Shown here: positions 9,174 through 23,833 of the stretch, piece by piece
Position numbering within the stretch: the stretch's first letter is position 1
Layout of the letters: each line of letters starts with the position of its first letter
From: Bacilli bacterium
GTDB lineage: Bacteria > Bacillota_I > Bacilli_A > ML615J-28 > CAG-698
Length of the DNA stretch: 64,000 bases
Direction: 5' to 3'
NCBI GenBank assembly: GCA_050953065.1
Contig: JBMNLZ010000002.1
Location: 512,001-576,000 of the forward strand
The notes under the pieces: generated by a model
What the model was told of the DNA's origin: nothing
What the model saw: the letters and a program-made list of their open reading frames with translations, nothing else
Database searches by the model: none
Position numbers and translations under genes: made by a program

Positions 9174-12100
9174 ATGAATAAATATAGAATCTTTGTTGAA
9201 AAAAAAGAAGGCTTTCAAATAGAAGCTAAAGCATTAGCAAATGAATTTAATAGTAATTTAAATCAAAAAATAAGAAATGTAAGATTTATCAATATATATG
9301 ATGTTTTCAATATCTCAAAAGAATTATTAGAAAAAGCTAAAAGTTTAGTTTTTGCTGATAAAGTTCAAGATGTAATATATGATGATATTAAAGATTTAAA
9401 AATTGGAAATAATCAATTTTTTGCAATTGAATTTTTACCAGGTCAATTTGATCAAAGAGCAGATAGTACAAAACAACTAATTGCATTTATTGATCCAAAA
9501 GCTGAAGTTTTTGTAAAGACTGGTAAGTTAATTGTTTTAGAAGGCGAAGTTGATTTAGAAAAAGTAAAAGGATATTATATCAATAAAATTGAAACTAGAG
9601 AAAAAGATTTAAATGTTTTAAATTATAGTGATAATGATTTGCCAAAACCAGTTGGTTTTGTTGAAGATTTTTTTGATTTATCTTCAAAAGAATTAGTTGA
9701 TAAATTTCAACTAGCAATGTCAGTTAAAGACATGGATATGATAAAAGAACATTATACGAGTGAGGCAAGAAAACCAACTGTAACTGAAATTAAAATGTTA
9801 GATACTTATTGGTCAGATCATTGTCGTCATACAACATTTGAAACAGAACTTGATATTGAAATTAAGGATAAAAGAATAAAACAAGCTTTCGAAAAATATT
9901 TATCAATGAGAAACGTTTTAAAGCGTGAAGCTAAGCCTGTTACATTAATGGATATGGCTAAGATAAACATGCTTTATGAAAAAAATCAAAATAATTTAAA
10001 AGATTTAGAAATTTCAGAAGAAACTAATGCATGTAGTATTTATATAGATGTTGATGTAGATGGAAAAATAGAAAAATGGTTATTGATGTTTAAAAATGAA
10101 ACTCATAATCATCCTACTGAAGTAGAACCTTTTGGTGGGGCTTCAACTTGTGTGGGTGGTGCTATTAGAGACCCATTAAGTGGAAGAAGCTATGTATATC
10201 AAGCACTTCGTGTAACTGGAGCAGCTGATATTACAAAACCAATCTCTGAAACTTTAGAAGGAAAACTACCTCAAAGAGTGATTTCTAAAAAAGCTGCTTT
10301 AGGTTATTCTTCTTATGGAAATCAAATTGGTTTACCTGCAAGTTATATTAAAGAGATTTTTCATGAGGGATATTTAGCTAAAAGAATGGAATTAGGAGCT
10401 GTAATTGCTGCTTGCCCTGTTGAAAATGTTATTAGAAAAACTCCACAAGAAGGAGATGTTGTAATCTTACTTGGTGGAAGAACTGGAAGAGATGGGATTG
10501 GTGGAGCAACAAGTTCATCTAAACAACACACTGATACATCTTTAGAACAATCAGCAGCTGAAGTGCAAAAAGGTAATGCTCCTGAAGAACGTAAAATTCA
10601 AAGATTGTTTAGAAAAGCAGAAGTAACTACGTTAATTAAAAAAGCTAATGATTTTGGTGCAGGTGGAGTTAGTGTTGCAATTGGTGAATTAGCAGATGGT
10701 TTAGAGATCTATTTAGATAAAGTTCCAGTTAAATATAAAGGTTTAAATGAAACTGAACTTGCTATATCAGAGTCTCAAGAAAGAATGGCAGTTGTAGTTA
10801 GTAAAAAAGATGTAGAAAAGTTTATTAAACTATCAAGTGAAGAAAACTTAGAAGCAACAGTTGTTGCTAAGGTAACTTCAAATAATCGTTTAATAATGAA
10901 ATATAATGATAAAGTAGTAGTTAATTTAAGTAGAGATTTTATCAATACAAATGGTGCAAGACAGAATGCTAAAGTTGTTATTGCTGAAGCAAATTATGCA
11001 GAACTTGCTAAAACTTGTAAAACTACTAATTTAAAAGAAGATATAGTTACTAATTTAAGTGATTTAAATGTTTGTAGTCAAAAAGGATTAATCGAAATGT
11101 TTGACTCAACAATTGGTGCATCTACAGTTTTGATGCCTTATGGTGGAAAATATCAAGAAACTCCAACTCAAGGTTCAGTTGGATTAATCCCAGTATTGGA
11201 AGGTAATACTAAAACATGTTCTATAATGACTGTTGGATATAATCCTGTTTTATCAAGTATTAGTCCATATCATGGAGCTAAATATGCGATTGTTGAATCA
11301 ATGGCAAAACTAGTTGCTATGGGTGGAGAGTATGAAAAAGTGAGATTTACTTTCCAAGAGTATTTTGAAAAATTAGGTAAAGATAGTTCTAAATGGGCTA
11401 AACCTACTGCAAGCCTATTAGGAGCAGTTGAAATATTAAATGAATTTAATTTAGCATCAATTGGTGGTAAAGATTCAATGAGTGGAACATTTAATGATTT
11501 AAATGTACCTCCTGCTTTAATATCTTTTGCTGTTACAACAGCAAATAGTGATAATATTGTATCACCTGAATTAAAATCATCAGGAAACTATTTGTATTTA
11601 GTAAAAGCAAATTATGATAAAGACTATTTACCAAATGCTTCTTTATTAAAGAAAAACTTTAAATTAGTAGAAAAGTTAATTAAAGAAAAGACTATTGTTT
11701 CAAGTTATGCTTTAGAGTTTGGTGGACTATCAGCAGCTTTAATTAAAATGTCTTTAGGAAATAAATTAGGTTTAGATGTTTCAACTAAAGAAAATCTATT
11801 TGATATAACTTATGGAAATATAGTAATTGAGTCTACAAAAGAACTAACTCTAGATAATTTTATTAAATTAGGTAAAGTAACAGATGGAACTATTATAATA
11901 AATGGCTGTACTTTAACTCATGAAGAAGCACTTAAAGCTTTAAAAGCACCTCTTGAAAAGATTTATCCAGAATATGGTAGAAGTGTAAATAGTAATTTAA
12001 GTATTTCTAAAGATTGTTATGATAAAGTTAGTCCTAAATTTAATAAAACTAAAGTTAATGTATTAATTCCAGTCTTTCCTGGAAGTAATAATGAATATGA

Positions 12101-12848
12101 TATTTATAAAGCGTTTCTTGAAGAAAAAGCTAATCCGAAAATGTTAGTATTTAAGAATCTAACATTTAAAGATATTAGCAATTCGATTATTGAATTAAAA
12201 GAAGCAATTGATAAAACAGATATTCTTGTTATTGGTGGAGCTTTGCCAGCTGGAGATGGAAGTGATGGTTCTGGAAAATATCTTGCATGTATTTTAAATA
12301 ATCAAGAAATAAAAGAAGCAATAGAAAAATTAATTGCTAGAAAAGGACTAATTTTAGGAATTAGTAGTGGTTTCCAAGCTTTAGTAAAAGCGGGATTATT
12401 GCCATATGGAGACTTTAAAACAAAAGAGTCTTCACCTACTTTAGTAAAAAATGAAATCAACAGATATGTTTCTAAGTTTGTAAAAACAAGAGTTACGAGC
12501 CTAAAATCTCCTTGGCTTTCTTCGTTTGAAGTAGGAGAAGTTCATGAAGTTGCTATTAGCCAAGGTGAGGGTGGTTTTGTAGTAGATTTAGAAATGGCTA
12601 AAAATTTATTTGATAATGGGCAAGTTGCTTTTCAATATTGTGATTTTGAAGGGAAAGTAACGAATGATCCAAAATATAATCCAAATGGAAGTTTATATGC
12701 CATTGAAGGGATTATTTCAAAAGATGGATTGATTTTAGGAAAAATGGGACATTCTGAAAGAAAAGATGAAAATGCTTTTAAAAATATTTATGGAAATAAA
12801 GTTCAAAATATCTTTGCTAATGCAGTGAATTATTTTAAAGGCATTTAA
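9174..12848 (+). CDS. purL: Single-chain FGAM synthase with degenerate glutaminase site
   Basis: YWSDHCRHTTF, ETHNHPTEVEPFGGA and DFGAGG; the C-terminal GATase reads GISSGFQ instead of GICNGFQ. Confidence 0.95.
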   Translation: MNKYRIFVEKKEGFQIEAKALANEFNSNLNQKIRNVRFINIYDVFNISKELLEKAKSLVFADKVQDVIYDDIKDLKIGNNQFFAIEFLPGQFDQRADSTKQLIAFIDPKAEVFVKTGKLIVLEGEVDLEKVKGYYINKIETREKDLNVLNYSDNDLPKPVGFVEDFFDLSSKELVDKFQLAMSVKDMDMIKEHYTSEARKPTVTEIKMLDTYWSDHCRHTTFETELDIEIKDKRIKQAFEKYLSMRNVLKREAKPVTLMDMAKINMLYEKNQNNLKDLEISEETNACSIYIDVDVDGKIEKWLLMFKNETHNHPTEVEPFGGASTCVGGAIRDPLSGRSYVYQALRVTGAADITKPISETLEGKLPQRVISKKAALGYSSYGNQIGLPASYIKEIFHEGYLAKRMELGAVIAACPVENVIRKTPQEGDVVILLGGRTGRDGIGGATSSSKQHTDTSLEQSAAEVQKGNAPEERKIQRLFRKAEVTTLIKKANDFGAGGVSVAIGELADGLEIYLDKVPVKYKGLNETELAISESQERMAVVVSKKDVEKFIKLSSEENLEATVVAKVTSNNRLIMKYNDKVVVNLSRDFINTNGARQNAKVVIAEANYAELAKTCKTTNLKEDIVTNLSDLNVCSQKGLIEMFDSTIGASTVLMPYGGKYQETPTQGSVGLIPVLEGNTKTCSIMTVGYNPVLSSISPYHGAKYAIVESMAKLVAMGGEYEKVRFTFQEYFEKLGKDSSKWAKPTASLLGAVEILNEFNLASIGGKDSMSGTFNDLNVPPALISFAVTTANSDNIVSPELKSSGNYLYLVKANYDKDYLPNASLLKKNFKLVEKLIKEKTIVSSYALEFGGLSAALIKMSLGNKLGLDVSTKENLFDITYGNIVIESTKELTLDNFIKLGKVTDGTIIINGCTLTHEEALKALKAPLEKIYPEYGRSVNSNLSISKDCYDKVSPKFNKTKVNVLIPVFPGSNNEYDIYKAFLEEKANPKMLVFKNLTFKDISNSIIELKEAIDKTDILVIGGALPAGDGSDGSGKYLACILNNQEIKEAIEKLIARKGLILGISSGFQALVKAGLLPYGDFKTKESSPTLVKNEINRYVSKFVKTRVTSLKSPWLSSFEVGEVHEVAISQGEGGFVVDLEMAKNLFDNGQVAFQYCDFEGKVTNDPKYNPNGSLYAIEGIISKDGLILGKMGHSERKDENAFKNIYGNKVQNIFANAVNYFKGI

Positions 12849-12897
12849 ATAAATTTGAAAAATAAGATTTAGGTAAGATGAATCCTAAATAGAATGG

Positions 12898-14280
12898 ATG
12901 GATATGGAAAAGGTATTCAAAAATAAAATTAATGAAGAATGTGGTGTTGTAGCAGTATTTAATTGCCATGATGCCTCAGAAATTGTATTTTATGCTTTGC
13001 ATGCTTTACAACATCGTGGTCAAGAAGGTTGCGGAATGGTATGTGCTAATAATGGTGATTTTAAATTAATTAAAGGTCCAGGATTAGTTCATGAAAACTT
13101 TCATGATAATACTTTAAAAAAGCTAGTTGGCGATATGGGAATAGGACATGTGAATTATCCAAGCATTAGAAGCGGTAATGATGTTTCGATGTTACAACCA
13201 TATTTGTTTAGACATTGTGACGGAGACTTTGCCATCGCTAATAATGGTAGTATGACTAATTATCAAGAAATTAGACTTTTTCTTGAGCATAATGGTAGTA
13301 TATTTCAATCAAACTCTGATGCTGAAATGATTGCTCATTTAATCAAGAAAGAACAAAATGCCAACATGTTAGAATCTATAAAAGGAGCATTAAATAAAAT
13401 AGAAGGTAGTTTTTCATGTGTTATTATGACTGAAGATAAAATTTATGCATGTCGTGATAAACATGGTTTTAAACCTTTAGCACTTGGAAAATTAAATGGT
13501 GGTTATATCGTTGTTTCTGAAACATGTGCTTTTGAACTTTGTGTAGCCGATTATATTAGAGATATAGAACCAGGTGAAATCTTAGTGATTTCTAAGGATG
13601 GTTTACATAGTGAAAAATACAGTAAAGATATTAATCATCATATGTGTGCTATGGAATATATTTATTTTGCAAGACCAGATAGCGAGATTGAAGGAATTAA
13701 TGTTCATTTATTCCGCCGTGAAACTGGAAGACTATTAGCTAAAGAAAGCCCAGTTGAGGCTGATGTTGTTGTAGGGGTTCCTGATTCATCACTTTCTGCT
13801 GCTATGGGATATGCTGAGGAAAGTAAGATTCCAAATGAAACTGGATTGATTAAAAATAAATATGTTGGAAGAACTTTTATTCAAGTTGCCCAAAGATTAA
13901 GAGAAAGAACAGTTCGTATGAAACTATCTACTGTTTCAGCGGTTGTAAAGGGCAAAAGAGTTGTTTTAGTAGATGATTCAATTGTTAGAGGAACAACATC
14001 TAAAAGAATTGTTACACTTTTAAGAGAAAGTGGAGCAAAAGAAGTGCATGTTAGAATTTCTTCTCCTCAAATGCAACATTCTTGTTATTATGGAGTTGAT
14101 ACTTCTACAGAAGAAGAATTAATTGGAGCTAATAAAACACTTGAAGAAATTAAAGAAGCAATTGGAGCAGATACTCTTGCATTCTTATCAGTTGATTCTT
14201 TATATAAAGCTAGTAAGAGAGCACAGTTATGTACTGCATGTTTTAATGGAGTATATCCAACAAAAATTAGAAAGAAATAA
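12898..14280 (+). CDS. purF: Amidophosphoribosyltransferase (propeptide, Fe-S type)
   Basis: [31 protein letters not shown] and CTAC motifs. Confidence 0.95.
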   Translation: MDMEKVFKNKINEECGVVAVFNCHDASEIVFYALHALQHRGQEGCGMVCANNGDFKLIKGPGLVHENFHDNTLKKLVGDMGIGHVNYPSIRSGNDVSMLQPYLFRHCDGDFAIANNGSMTNYQEIRLFLEHNGSIFQSNSDAEMIAHLIKKEQNANMLESIKGALNKIEGSFSCVIMTEDKIYACRDKHGFKPLALGKLNGGYIVVSETCAFELCVADYIRDIEPGEILVISKDGLHSEKYSKDINHHMCAMEYIYFARPDSEIEGINVHLFRRETGRLLAKESPVEADVVVGVPDSSLSAAMGYAEESKIPNETGLIKNKYVGRTFIQVAQRLRERTVRMKLSTVSAVVKGKRVVLVDDSIVRGTTSKRIVTLLRESGAKEVHVRISSPQMQHSCYYGVDTSTEEELIGANKTLEEIKEAIGADTLAFLSVDSLYKASKRAQLCTACFNGVYPTKIRKK

Positions 14281-14303
14281 ATGTAAAGGATTTTTTAAAA
14301 AAT

Positions 14304-15323
14304 ATGAGTAAAATATATAAAAGTGCTGGCGTTGATTTAGAAGCAGGATATGAAGGTGTACGTTTAATTAAAGAACACGTTCTAAAAACAAAAAGATTAG
14401 GGATGATGGGCGGAATTGGTTCTTTTGGTGGGATGTTTGATTTATCTATTTTAAAGTATAAAGAACCGGTTTTAGTAAGTGGAACTGATGGAGTTGGAAC
14501 AAAATTAATGATTGCTCAACTTTTAGATATTCATGATACGATTGGACAAGATGTTGTAGCGATGTGTGTTAATGATGTTTTAGCACAAGGAGCAGAACCA
14601 ATATTCTTTTTAGATTATATTGCAATTGGAAAAAATGATCCTTTAAAAGTTTCAGAGATTGTTAAAGGAGTAAGTGATGGGTGTATAAAAGCAGGCGCTG
14701 CTTTAGTTGGAGGGGAAACTGCTGAGATGCCTGATATGTATCAAAAAGATGAATATGACATTGCAGGGTTTACTGTAGGAGTTGTTGAAAAAAGTAAGAT
14801 AATAGATGGCTCTAAGGTAAGCGCTGGGGATGTTTTAATTGGAATTAAATCTTCTGGAATTCATTCAAATGGTTATTCTTTAGTTAGAAAGATAGTTTTT
14901 AAAGACCAAAAACTTAATTTAGAAGAACAAGTAGGACCTAAAAAATTAAAAGAATGGTTAATTGAACCTACTAGAATCTATGTAAAGAGTGTTTTAGAAG
15001 TTATTAAAAATGTTGACGTTCATGCGATTGCTCATATAACAGGTGGTGGATTTGATGAAAATATTCCAAGAGCCTTAAATAAAAATCAAGGAGCAACAAT
15101 CTTTGAAGAAAAACTTCCTAAATTAGAAATTTTTAAATATTTAGAAGAAAAAGGTGGAGTTAATCACCGTGAAATGTATAATGTTTTTAATATGGGAGTT
15201 GGAATGATTATTATCGTTAAAAAAAATGATGCTAAAAAAGTAATTGAAATTTTAAATAAAAATGGTGAAGAAGCATTTGAAATTGGAGTAGTTACTACTA
15301 AAGAAGGAATTGAAATATTATGA
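14304..15323 (+). CDS. purM: AIR synthetase
   Basis: [23 protein letters not shown] and [11 protein letters not shown] motifs. Confidence 0.95.
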   Translation: MSKIYKSAGVDLEAGYEGVRLIKEHVLKTKRLGMMGGIGSFGGMFDLSILKYKEPVLVSGTDGVGTKLMIAQLLDIHDTIGQDVVAMCVNDVLAQGAEPIFFLDYIAIGKNDPLKVSEIVKGVSDGCIKAGAALVGGETAEMPDMYQKDEYDIAGFTVGVVEKSKIIDGSKVSAGDVLIGIKSSGIHSNGYSLVRKIVFKDQKLNLEEQVGPKKLKEWLIEPTRIYVKSVLEVIKNVDVHAIAHITGGGFDENIPRALNKNQGATIFEEKLPKLEIFKYLEEKGGVNHREMYNVFNMGVGMIIIVKKNDAKKVIEILNKNGEEAFEIGVVTTKEGIEIL

Positions 15324-15871
15324 ATATAGCAGTTTTTGCTTCTGGGAATGGTAGTAATTTTGAAGCCATTGCTAAAACAAAATTTAAAAAAATAAAAATA
15401 AAACTTTTAATAACTGATAAAGAGAATGCATATTGTATTGAAAGAAGTAAAAGGTTAAATATTCCTTATTTTGTTTTTCCGTATAAAAAGTTTAAATCAA
15501 AAAAAGAATATGAAGAAAACATTTTAAAAAAATTAAAAGAAGAAAAAATTGATGTTATAGTTTTAGCTGGTTATATGAGAATTTTAGAAGATACTATTCT
15601 AAATGCTTATGAAAATAAAATTATTAACATTCATCCTTCGCTATTACCTGCTTTTAAGGGAATGAATGCAATTGAAGAAGCCTATAAAGCAGGGGTAAAA
15701 ATTATTGGTATAACAGTTCATTATGTTAATAAAGAATTAGATGGTGGCGAAATAATCGCTCAAGAATGTTTTAAAATTAAGAATTTAACATTAAAAGAAA
15801 CGGAAGCTAAAATACATAAGCTAGAACATAAACTTTATCCGAAAGTGTTAAAAGAATTATTTGATAGGTGA
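15320..15871 (+). CDS. purN: GAR formyltransferase
   Basis: [15 protein letters not shown] and INIHPSLLP motifs. Confidence 0.95.
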   Translation: MNIAVFASGNGSNFEAIAKTKFKKIKIKLLITDKENAYCIERSKRLNIPYFVFPYKKFKSKKEYEENILKKLKEEKIDVIVLAGYMRILEDTILNAYENKIINIHPSLLPAFKGMNAIEEAYKAGVKIIGITVHYVNKELDGGEIIAQECFKIKNLTLKETEAKIHKLEHKLYPKVLKELFDR

Positions 15872-15875
15872 TATT

Positions 15876-17111
15876 ATGAAAGTTTTAATAATAGGAAGTG
15901 GGGGACGCGAACACGCAATTGCCTCTTACATTGCAGCATCAAAACATAAACCACAAGTTTTTGTAGCAAAAGGAAATGCTGGGATGACTTGTGCAACGCT
16001 TGTTAATATTAATGAAGATGATAATAAAGCATTAGTTAGATTTGCTTTAAAGGAAAAAATTGATTTAACAATCGTTGGGCCTGAAGCTGCTTTAAATAAT
16101 GGGCTAGTTGATGACTTTAGAAAAAATAATTTACTAATCTTTGGACCAACAAAAGATGCGGCTAGAATTGAAAGCAGTAAAAAGTTTGCTAAAGAATTAA
16201 TGGAAAAATATGATATTCCAACCGCTAAATATAAAGCTTTTTCTAATTATGAAGACGCAATTGAATATATACAAAAAAACACCCTTCCTATGGTTATAAA
16301 ATATGATGGGCTTGCTGCTGGGAAAGGTGTTGTAATTGCTAACCTTTTTGAAGAAGCAGAAGAATTTTTAAAAGAAATCTTTTTAAAAGGTAAGTATGAC
16401 ACTAAAGAAGTTATTATTGAAGAATACTTAGAAGGTCCAGAATTTTCTTTAATGGCTTTTGTTAATAAAGATAAAGTTTATCCTATGGAAATAGCACAAG
16501 ACCATAAAAGAGCTTATGATTATGATATGGGGCCTAATACTGGTGGAATGGGTGCATATAGTCCTGTTAATATTATTTCTAAAGAAGATATTGACTATGC
16601 AGTAAAGAATATTATGGAAAAAACTGCCAAAGCATTAGTTAGTGAAGGAATCTGTTATTTAGGGGTTTTATATGGTGGTTTGATGAAAACCAAAGATGGA
16701 ATTAAAGTCATTGAGTTTAACGCAAGATTTGGAGACCCAGAAACTGAAGTAGTTTTACCTAGACTTAAGAATGATTTACTAGATGTAATATTAAATGTTA
16801 TTGCTAAAAAAGATTTTAAACTTAATTGGACAAATGATATATGTTTAGGTGTAGTAATGGCTTCAATTGGATACCCAGGAAATTACAAGAAAAATTGTGA
16901 AATAAGTAATATTCCAGAAGAAGATGTTTTTCATATGGGAACTAAAATAGAAGATGGCAAAATAGTAAATAATGGTGGTAGAGTTTTAATAGTTTTAGGA
17001 AAAGGTAAAACTTTTCTAGAAGCTAGAGAAAATGCATATAAGAAGGTAGCAGAAGTTCAATCTAAGAATTTATTTTTTAGAAAAGATATAGGCTATCAAA
17101 TGATTAAATAA
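15876..17111 (+). CDS. purD: GAR synthetase
   Basis: GSGGREHA, DGLAAGKGV, GPNTGGMGAY and EFNARFGDPE; start moved to ATG 15876 after AGGTGA RBS. Confidence 0.95.
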   Translation: MKVLIIGSGGREHAIASYIAASKHKPQVFVAKGNAGMTCATLVNINEDDNKALVRFALKEKIDLTIVGPEAALNNGLVDDFRKNNLLIFGPTKDAARIESSKKFAKELMEKYDIPTAKYKAFSNYEDAIEYIQKNTLPMVIKYDGLAAGKGVVIANLFEEAEEFLKEIFLKGKYDTKEVIIEEYLEGPEFSLMAFVNKDKVYPMEIAQDHKRAYDYDMGPNTGGMGAYSPVNIISKEDIDYAVKNIMEKTAKALVSEGICYLGVLYGGLMKTKDGIKVIEFNARFGDPETEVVLPRLKNDLLDVILNVIAKKDFKLNWTNDICLGVVMASIGYPGNYKKNCEISNIPEEDVFHMGTKIEDGKIVNNGGRVLIVLGKGKTFLEARENAYKKVAEVQSKNLFFRKDIGYQMIK

Positions 17112-20127
<3,016 letters not shown>

Positions 20128-20135
20128 GAGAAGAA

Positions 20136-21689
20136 ATGAAAGCATTAATAAGTGTTTTTTATAAAGATGGAATAGTTGATTTTGCAAAAAGATTAAATAA
20201 ATTAGGTGTAGAGATTGTTTCAACTGGTGGGACTTATAAAACGTTAAAACAAAACGATGTTCCTGTTTTAGAAGTTTCTGATTTAACAGGATTTAGGGAA
20301 TGTTTAGAAGGAAGAGTTAAAACTCTTCATCCTGTGATTCATGCAGGAATTTTAGCCAAAAGATCATCTGATGAACATATGAAACATTTAAAAGAACTAA
20401 AAATTGATACAATTGATTTTGTTGTAGTAAATCTTTATCCTTTTAAAGAGGTAATCTTAAAAGAGGATACGACATTTGATTTAGCAGTTGAAAACATAGA
20501 TATCGGTGGACCGACAATGTTAAGAGCTGCTGCTAAGAATTACCAAGATGTGGTAGTGATAGTTGACCCTAAAGATTATGAAAAAGTTTTAGATGAATTA
20601 GAAAAGACGAAAAATGTATCAATGGAAACAAGACTTTATTTAATGCAAAAAGTATTTGCTCATACAGCTGCATATGATGCATTAATAGCAAAATATTTAT
20701 CAAATAAAAGAGAAGATTATTCATTCCCAGAAAATTTAACTTTAGTATATGAAAAAGTTCAAGATATGAGATATGGAGAAAACCCTCATCAAAAAGCAAG
20801 CTTTTATAAAGATGTGTTAGATAATCGTGGCAATTTGCCAAGTGCAATTCAATTAAATGGTAAAGAATTATCTTTTAATAATATTAATGATACTAATGGT
20901 GCTTTAGAATTATTAAAAGAATTTGAAGAACCAACTGTTGTTGCATGCAAACATGGCAATCCATGTGGTGTTGGAAGTGCTGATAGTATATATGAGGCTT
21001 GGAGTAAAGCATTTAATGCAGACAAAGTTTCTATTTTTGGTGGAATTGTAGTTTTAAATAGAGAAGTTACTTTAGAAATAGCTTTAGAAATGAATAAAAT
21101 ATTTTTAGAAGTGATAGTTGCACCAAGCTATGAAAAAGAAGCTTTAGAAGTTTTACAATCAAAGAAGAACTTAAGAATCTTACAAATAAAAGAAGATATT
21201 ATGTTAAAACAATCAGAACATGCATATGATTTAAAGAAAATCAATGGCGGATTGATTGTTCAAACGGTAGATAGTATTATTTTAGGAGATTCTTTAAATA
21301 ATGTTACTAAGAAAAAACCAACAAAAGAAGAGATGGAAGATTTAATCTTTGCAATGAAGGTTGTTAAGTTTGCAAAATCAAATGGTATTGTAATTGCAAA
21401 AAATAAGCAAACTATTGGAATTGGTCCAGGTCAAGTTAATAGAATTTGGGCTGCTAAACAATCAATTGAACATGCTGGTGAGTTAATTGGTGAAGGAGTA
21501 ACAAAAGGAGCAGTTTTAGCTTCAGATGCATTCTTTCCATTTGATGATGTTGTAAGAGTTGCTAATGATGCAGGAATTACTGCGATTATTCAACCAGGAG
21601 GATCTATAAAAGATCAAGATAGTATTGATAGATGTAATGAATTTAATATCGCAATGGTATTTACAGGAGTTAGACATTTTAAACATTAA
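20136..21689 (+). CDS. purH: Bifunctional AICAR formyltransferase/IMP cyclohydrolase
   Basis: [22 protein letters not shown] and SDAFFPF motifs. Confidence 0.97.
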   Translation: MKALISVFYKDGIVDFAKRLNKLGVEIVSTGGTYKTLKQNDVPVLEVSDLTGFRECLEGRVKTLHPVIHAGILAKRSSDEHMKHLKELKIDTIDFVVVNLYPFKEVILKEDTTFDLAVENIDIGGPTMLRAAAKNYQDVVVIVDPKDYEKVLDELEKTKNVSMETRLYLMQKVFAHTAAYDALIAKYLSNKREDYSFPENLTLVYEKVQDMRYGENPHQKASFYKDVLDNRGNLPSAIQLNGKELSFNNINDTNGALELLKEFEEPTVVACKHGNPCGVGSADSIYEAWSKAFNADKVSIFGGIVVLNREVTLEIALEMNKIFLEVIVAPSYEKEALEVLQSKKNLRILQIKEDIMLKQSEHAYDLKKINGGLIVQTVDSIILGDSLNNVTKKKPTKEEMEDLIFAMKVVKFAKSNGIVIAKNKQTIGIGPGQVNRIWAAKQSIEHAGELIGEGVTKGAVLASDAFFPFDDVVRVANDAGITAIIQPGGSIKDQDSIDRCNEFNIAMVFTGVRHFKH

Positions 21690-21710
21690 AAAAATAGAAT
21701 GGAGTATCTT

Positions 21711-22574
21711 ATGAAAAATCTAAAAACATTAAAAGAATTAGAAATTAGCGAAATTTTAGAAATACTTAAAGATGCAAAAGAATTTAAAAACGGTATGGTT
21801 TATAAATTAAGCGATAAAGTTATAGCTAATTTATTCTTTGAACCATCTACAAGAACCCAAAACTCATTTAATATGGCAGCATTGAAACTTGATATGAAAG
21901 TAATCAATTTCAATGCTAATATGTCATCACTACAAAAAGGTGAATCTTTTTATGATACAGTTAGAACATTTGAAGCTTTGGGGGTAGATGCTTTAGTTAT
22001 TAGACATTCACAAGATAGATACTATGATGAATTAAAAAATATAAAAGTTCCGATAATCAATGCAGGGGATGGAGTTGTAAGCCATCCCAGTCAAACGTTA
22101 TTAGACCTTTTTACTATTTATGAAGAGTTTGGTAAGTTTGAAGGCTTAAATGTAATGATAGTAGGAGACATTAAACATTCAAGAGTAGCTCACGAAAATA
22201 TTGATATTATGAAACGCCTTGGAATGAATTGTTTTGTTTCGGGAGCTTTAGAGTTTAAGGAAGATGGTTTTGATTGGGATGATTTTGATGAAGGTTTAAA
22301 GAAAGCTGACATTGTAATGATGTTGAGAATTCAACATGAACGTCATCAAGAAAGGCTACAAATGTCTATTACTGAATATCTAGAAAAATATGGACTAACT
22401 CTTTATAGAGTAAATCAAATGAAGCCAAATGCAATAATCATGCATCCTGCTCCATTTAATAGAGGTGTTGAAATAGAAGGAGCAGTAGCTGAATGTGAAA
22501 AGTCTAGAATTTTTAAACAAATTGAAAATGGGGTTTATGTAAGACAAGCCATCATTAAAAGGAGTTTCTCATGA
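21711..22574 (+). CDS. pyrB: Aspartate carbamoyltransferase
   Basis: FFEPSTRT, HPSQTLLD and MHPAP; start placed at ATG 21711 after GGAG. Confidence 0.95.
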   Translation: MKNLKTLKELEISEILEILKDAKEFKNGMVYKLSDKVIANLFFEPSTRTQNSFNMAALKLDMKVINFNANMSSLQKGESFYDTVRTFEALGVDALVIRHSQDRYYDELKNIKVPIINAGDGVVSHPSQTLLDLFTIYEEFGKFEGLNVMIVGDIKHSRVAHENIDIMKRLGMNCFVSGALEFKEDGFDWDDFDEGLKKADIVMMLRIQHERHQERLQMSITEYLEKYGLTLYRVNQMKPNAIIMHPAPFNRGVEIEGAVAECEKSRIFKQIENGVYVRQAIIKRSFS

Positions 22575-23833
22575 TATTTACTTTAAAAAATGCTAGAATT
22601 TATATGAATAATAAATTCTTACAAAAAGATATTTTGGTATCAGATGGTAGGATATCTGAAATTGATACAGATATTGAAGAAGGAAGAATAATAGATTGTA
22701 AGAATAAGTTAGTTGCACCTGCTTTTATTGACCCGCATGTTCATGGTAGACAACCAGGATATGAATATAAAGAAACTATTGCAACAGTTACTAAAGCTGC
22801 TGCAAAAGGTGGCTATACTAAAATCTTTTTGATGCCTAATTTAAAACCTGTTCCAAGCAATTTGGAAAATCTGAACTTGATTTTTAATATTATAAAAAAA
22901 GATGCTTTAATTGATTGTTATCAATTAGCATCAATTACTAAAAATCAATCAGGAAAAGATGGATTAAGTGATATTGAAAGGTTAGCTCCTTATGTTGTTG
23001 GATTTTCTGATGATGGGAAGGGCGTAGTTGATAGCGGAACAATGTATGAGGCAATGTTGAAAGCTAAGAAATATAATAGAGCAATTCTAGCTCATGCTGA
23101 AGATGAATCGCTTCTTTATGGTGGGGTAATTCATAAAGGGCAAATTAGTGAGGAACAAAACATACCAGGCATTCTTTCGGCTAGTGAAACTGTACAAGTA
23201 GCAAGAGATTTAGTGCTAGCAGAAGCAACAAAAGTTCATTATCATTTATGTCATGTATCAGCTAAAGAAACTCTTTCTTTAGTTAAATATTTTAAAGATA
23301 GAGGCGTTAATGTAACGGTTGAGGCTACACCTCATCATATTTTGTTAAATGAAACAGATTTAAAAGATGATGGAATTTATAAGGTTAATCCACCGCTTCG
23401 TAGTAAAGAAGATCAAGAAGCAATTATTAAGGCTCTTCAAAATGGTGTGATTGATATGATTGCAACAGATCATGCTCCACATAGTGAAGAAGAAAAAAAT
23501 AAAGGGTTATTAAACTCTTCCTTTGGTATGGTTGGAATTGAAACTTCTTTTGGATTATTGTATACTTATTTGGTTAAACAAAAGAAGATAAGTTTAGAAA
23601 AACTTTTAGATATGATGAGTCTAAATGTAAGCAAAGCATTTGGAATTGAGAGTAATCAAATAAAAGTTGGAAATAGTGCTAATTTAGTCGTTATTGATTT
23701 AGAGAAAGAGTTTATTATAGATAAGAATAAATTTGTAAGTAAAGGGAAAAACACTCCTTTTAATGGATATAAATGTTTTGGACAAATTATAATGACGGTT
23801 TCAAAAGGGGAAATAGTATATGAATTACAGTAA
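22571..23833 (+). CDS. pyrC: Dihydroorotase
   Basis: DPHVH, KVNPPLR and ATDHAPH motifs. Confidence 0.95.
   Translation: MIFTLKNARIYMNNKFLQKDILVSDGRISEIDTDIEEGRIIDCKNKLVAPAFIDPHVHGRQPGYEYKETIATVTKAAAKGGYTKIFLMPNLKPVPSNLENLNLIFNIIKKDALIDCYQLASITKNQSGKDGLSDIERLAPYVVGFSDDGKGVVDSGTMYEAMLKAKKYNRAILAHAEDESLLYGGVIHKGQISEEQNIPGILSASETVQVARDLVLAEATKVHYHLCHVSAKETLSLVKYFKDRGVNVTVEATPHHILLNETDLKDDGIYKVNPPLRSKEDQEAIIKALQNGVIDMIATDHAPHSEEEKNKGLLNSSFGMVGIETSFGLLYTYLVKQKKISLEKLLDMMSLNVSKAFGIESNQIKVGNSANLVVIDLEKEFIIDKNKFVSKGKNTPFNGYKCFGQIIMTVSKGEIVYELQ

Noticed and set aside
12867-12892. Hairpin ATTTAGG...CCTAAAT and 4-codon ORF (MNPK) between purL and purF
   Set aside because: Weak stem, no T run and poor SD spacing; not enough to call a regulator.
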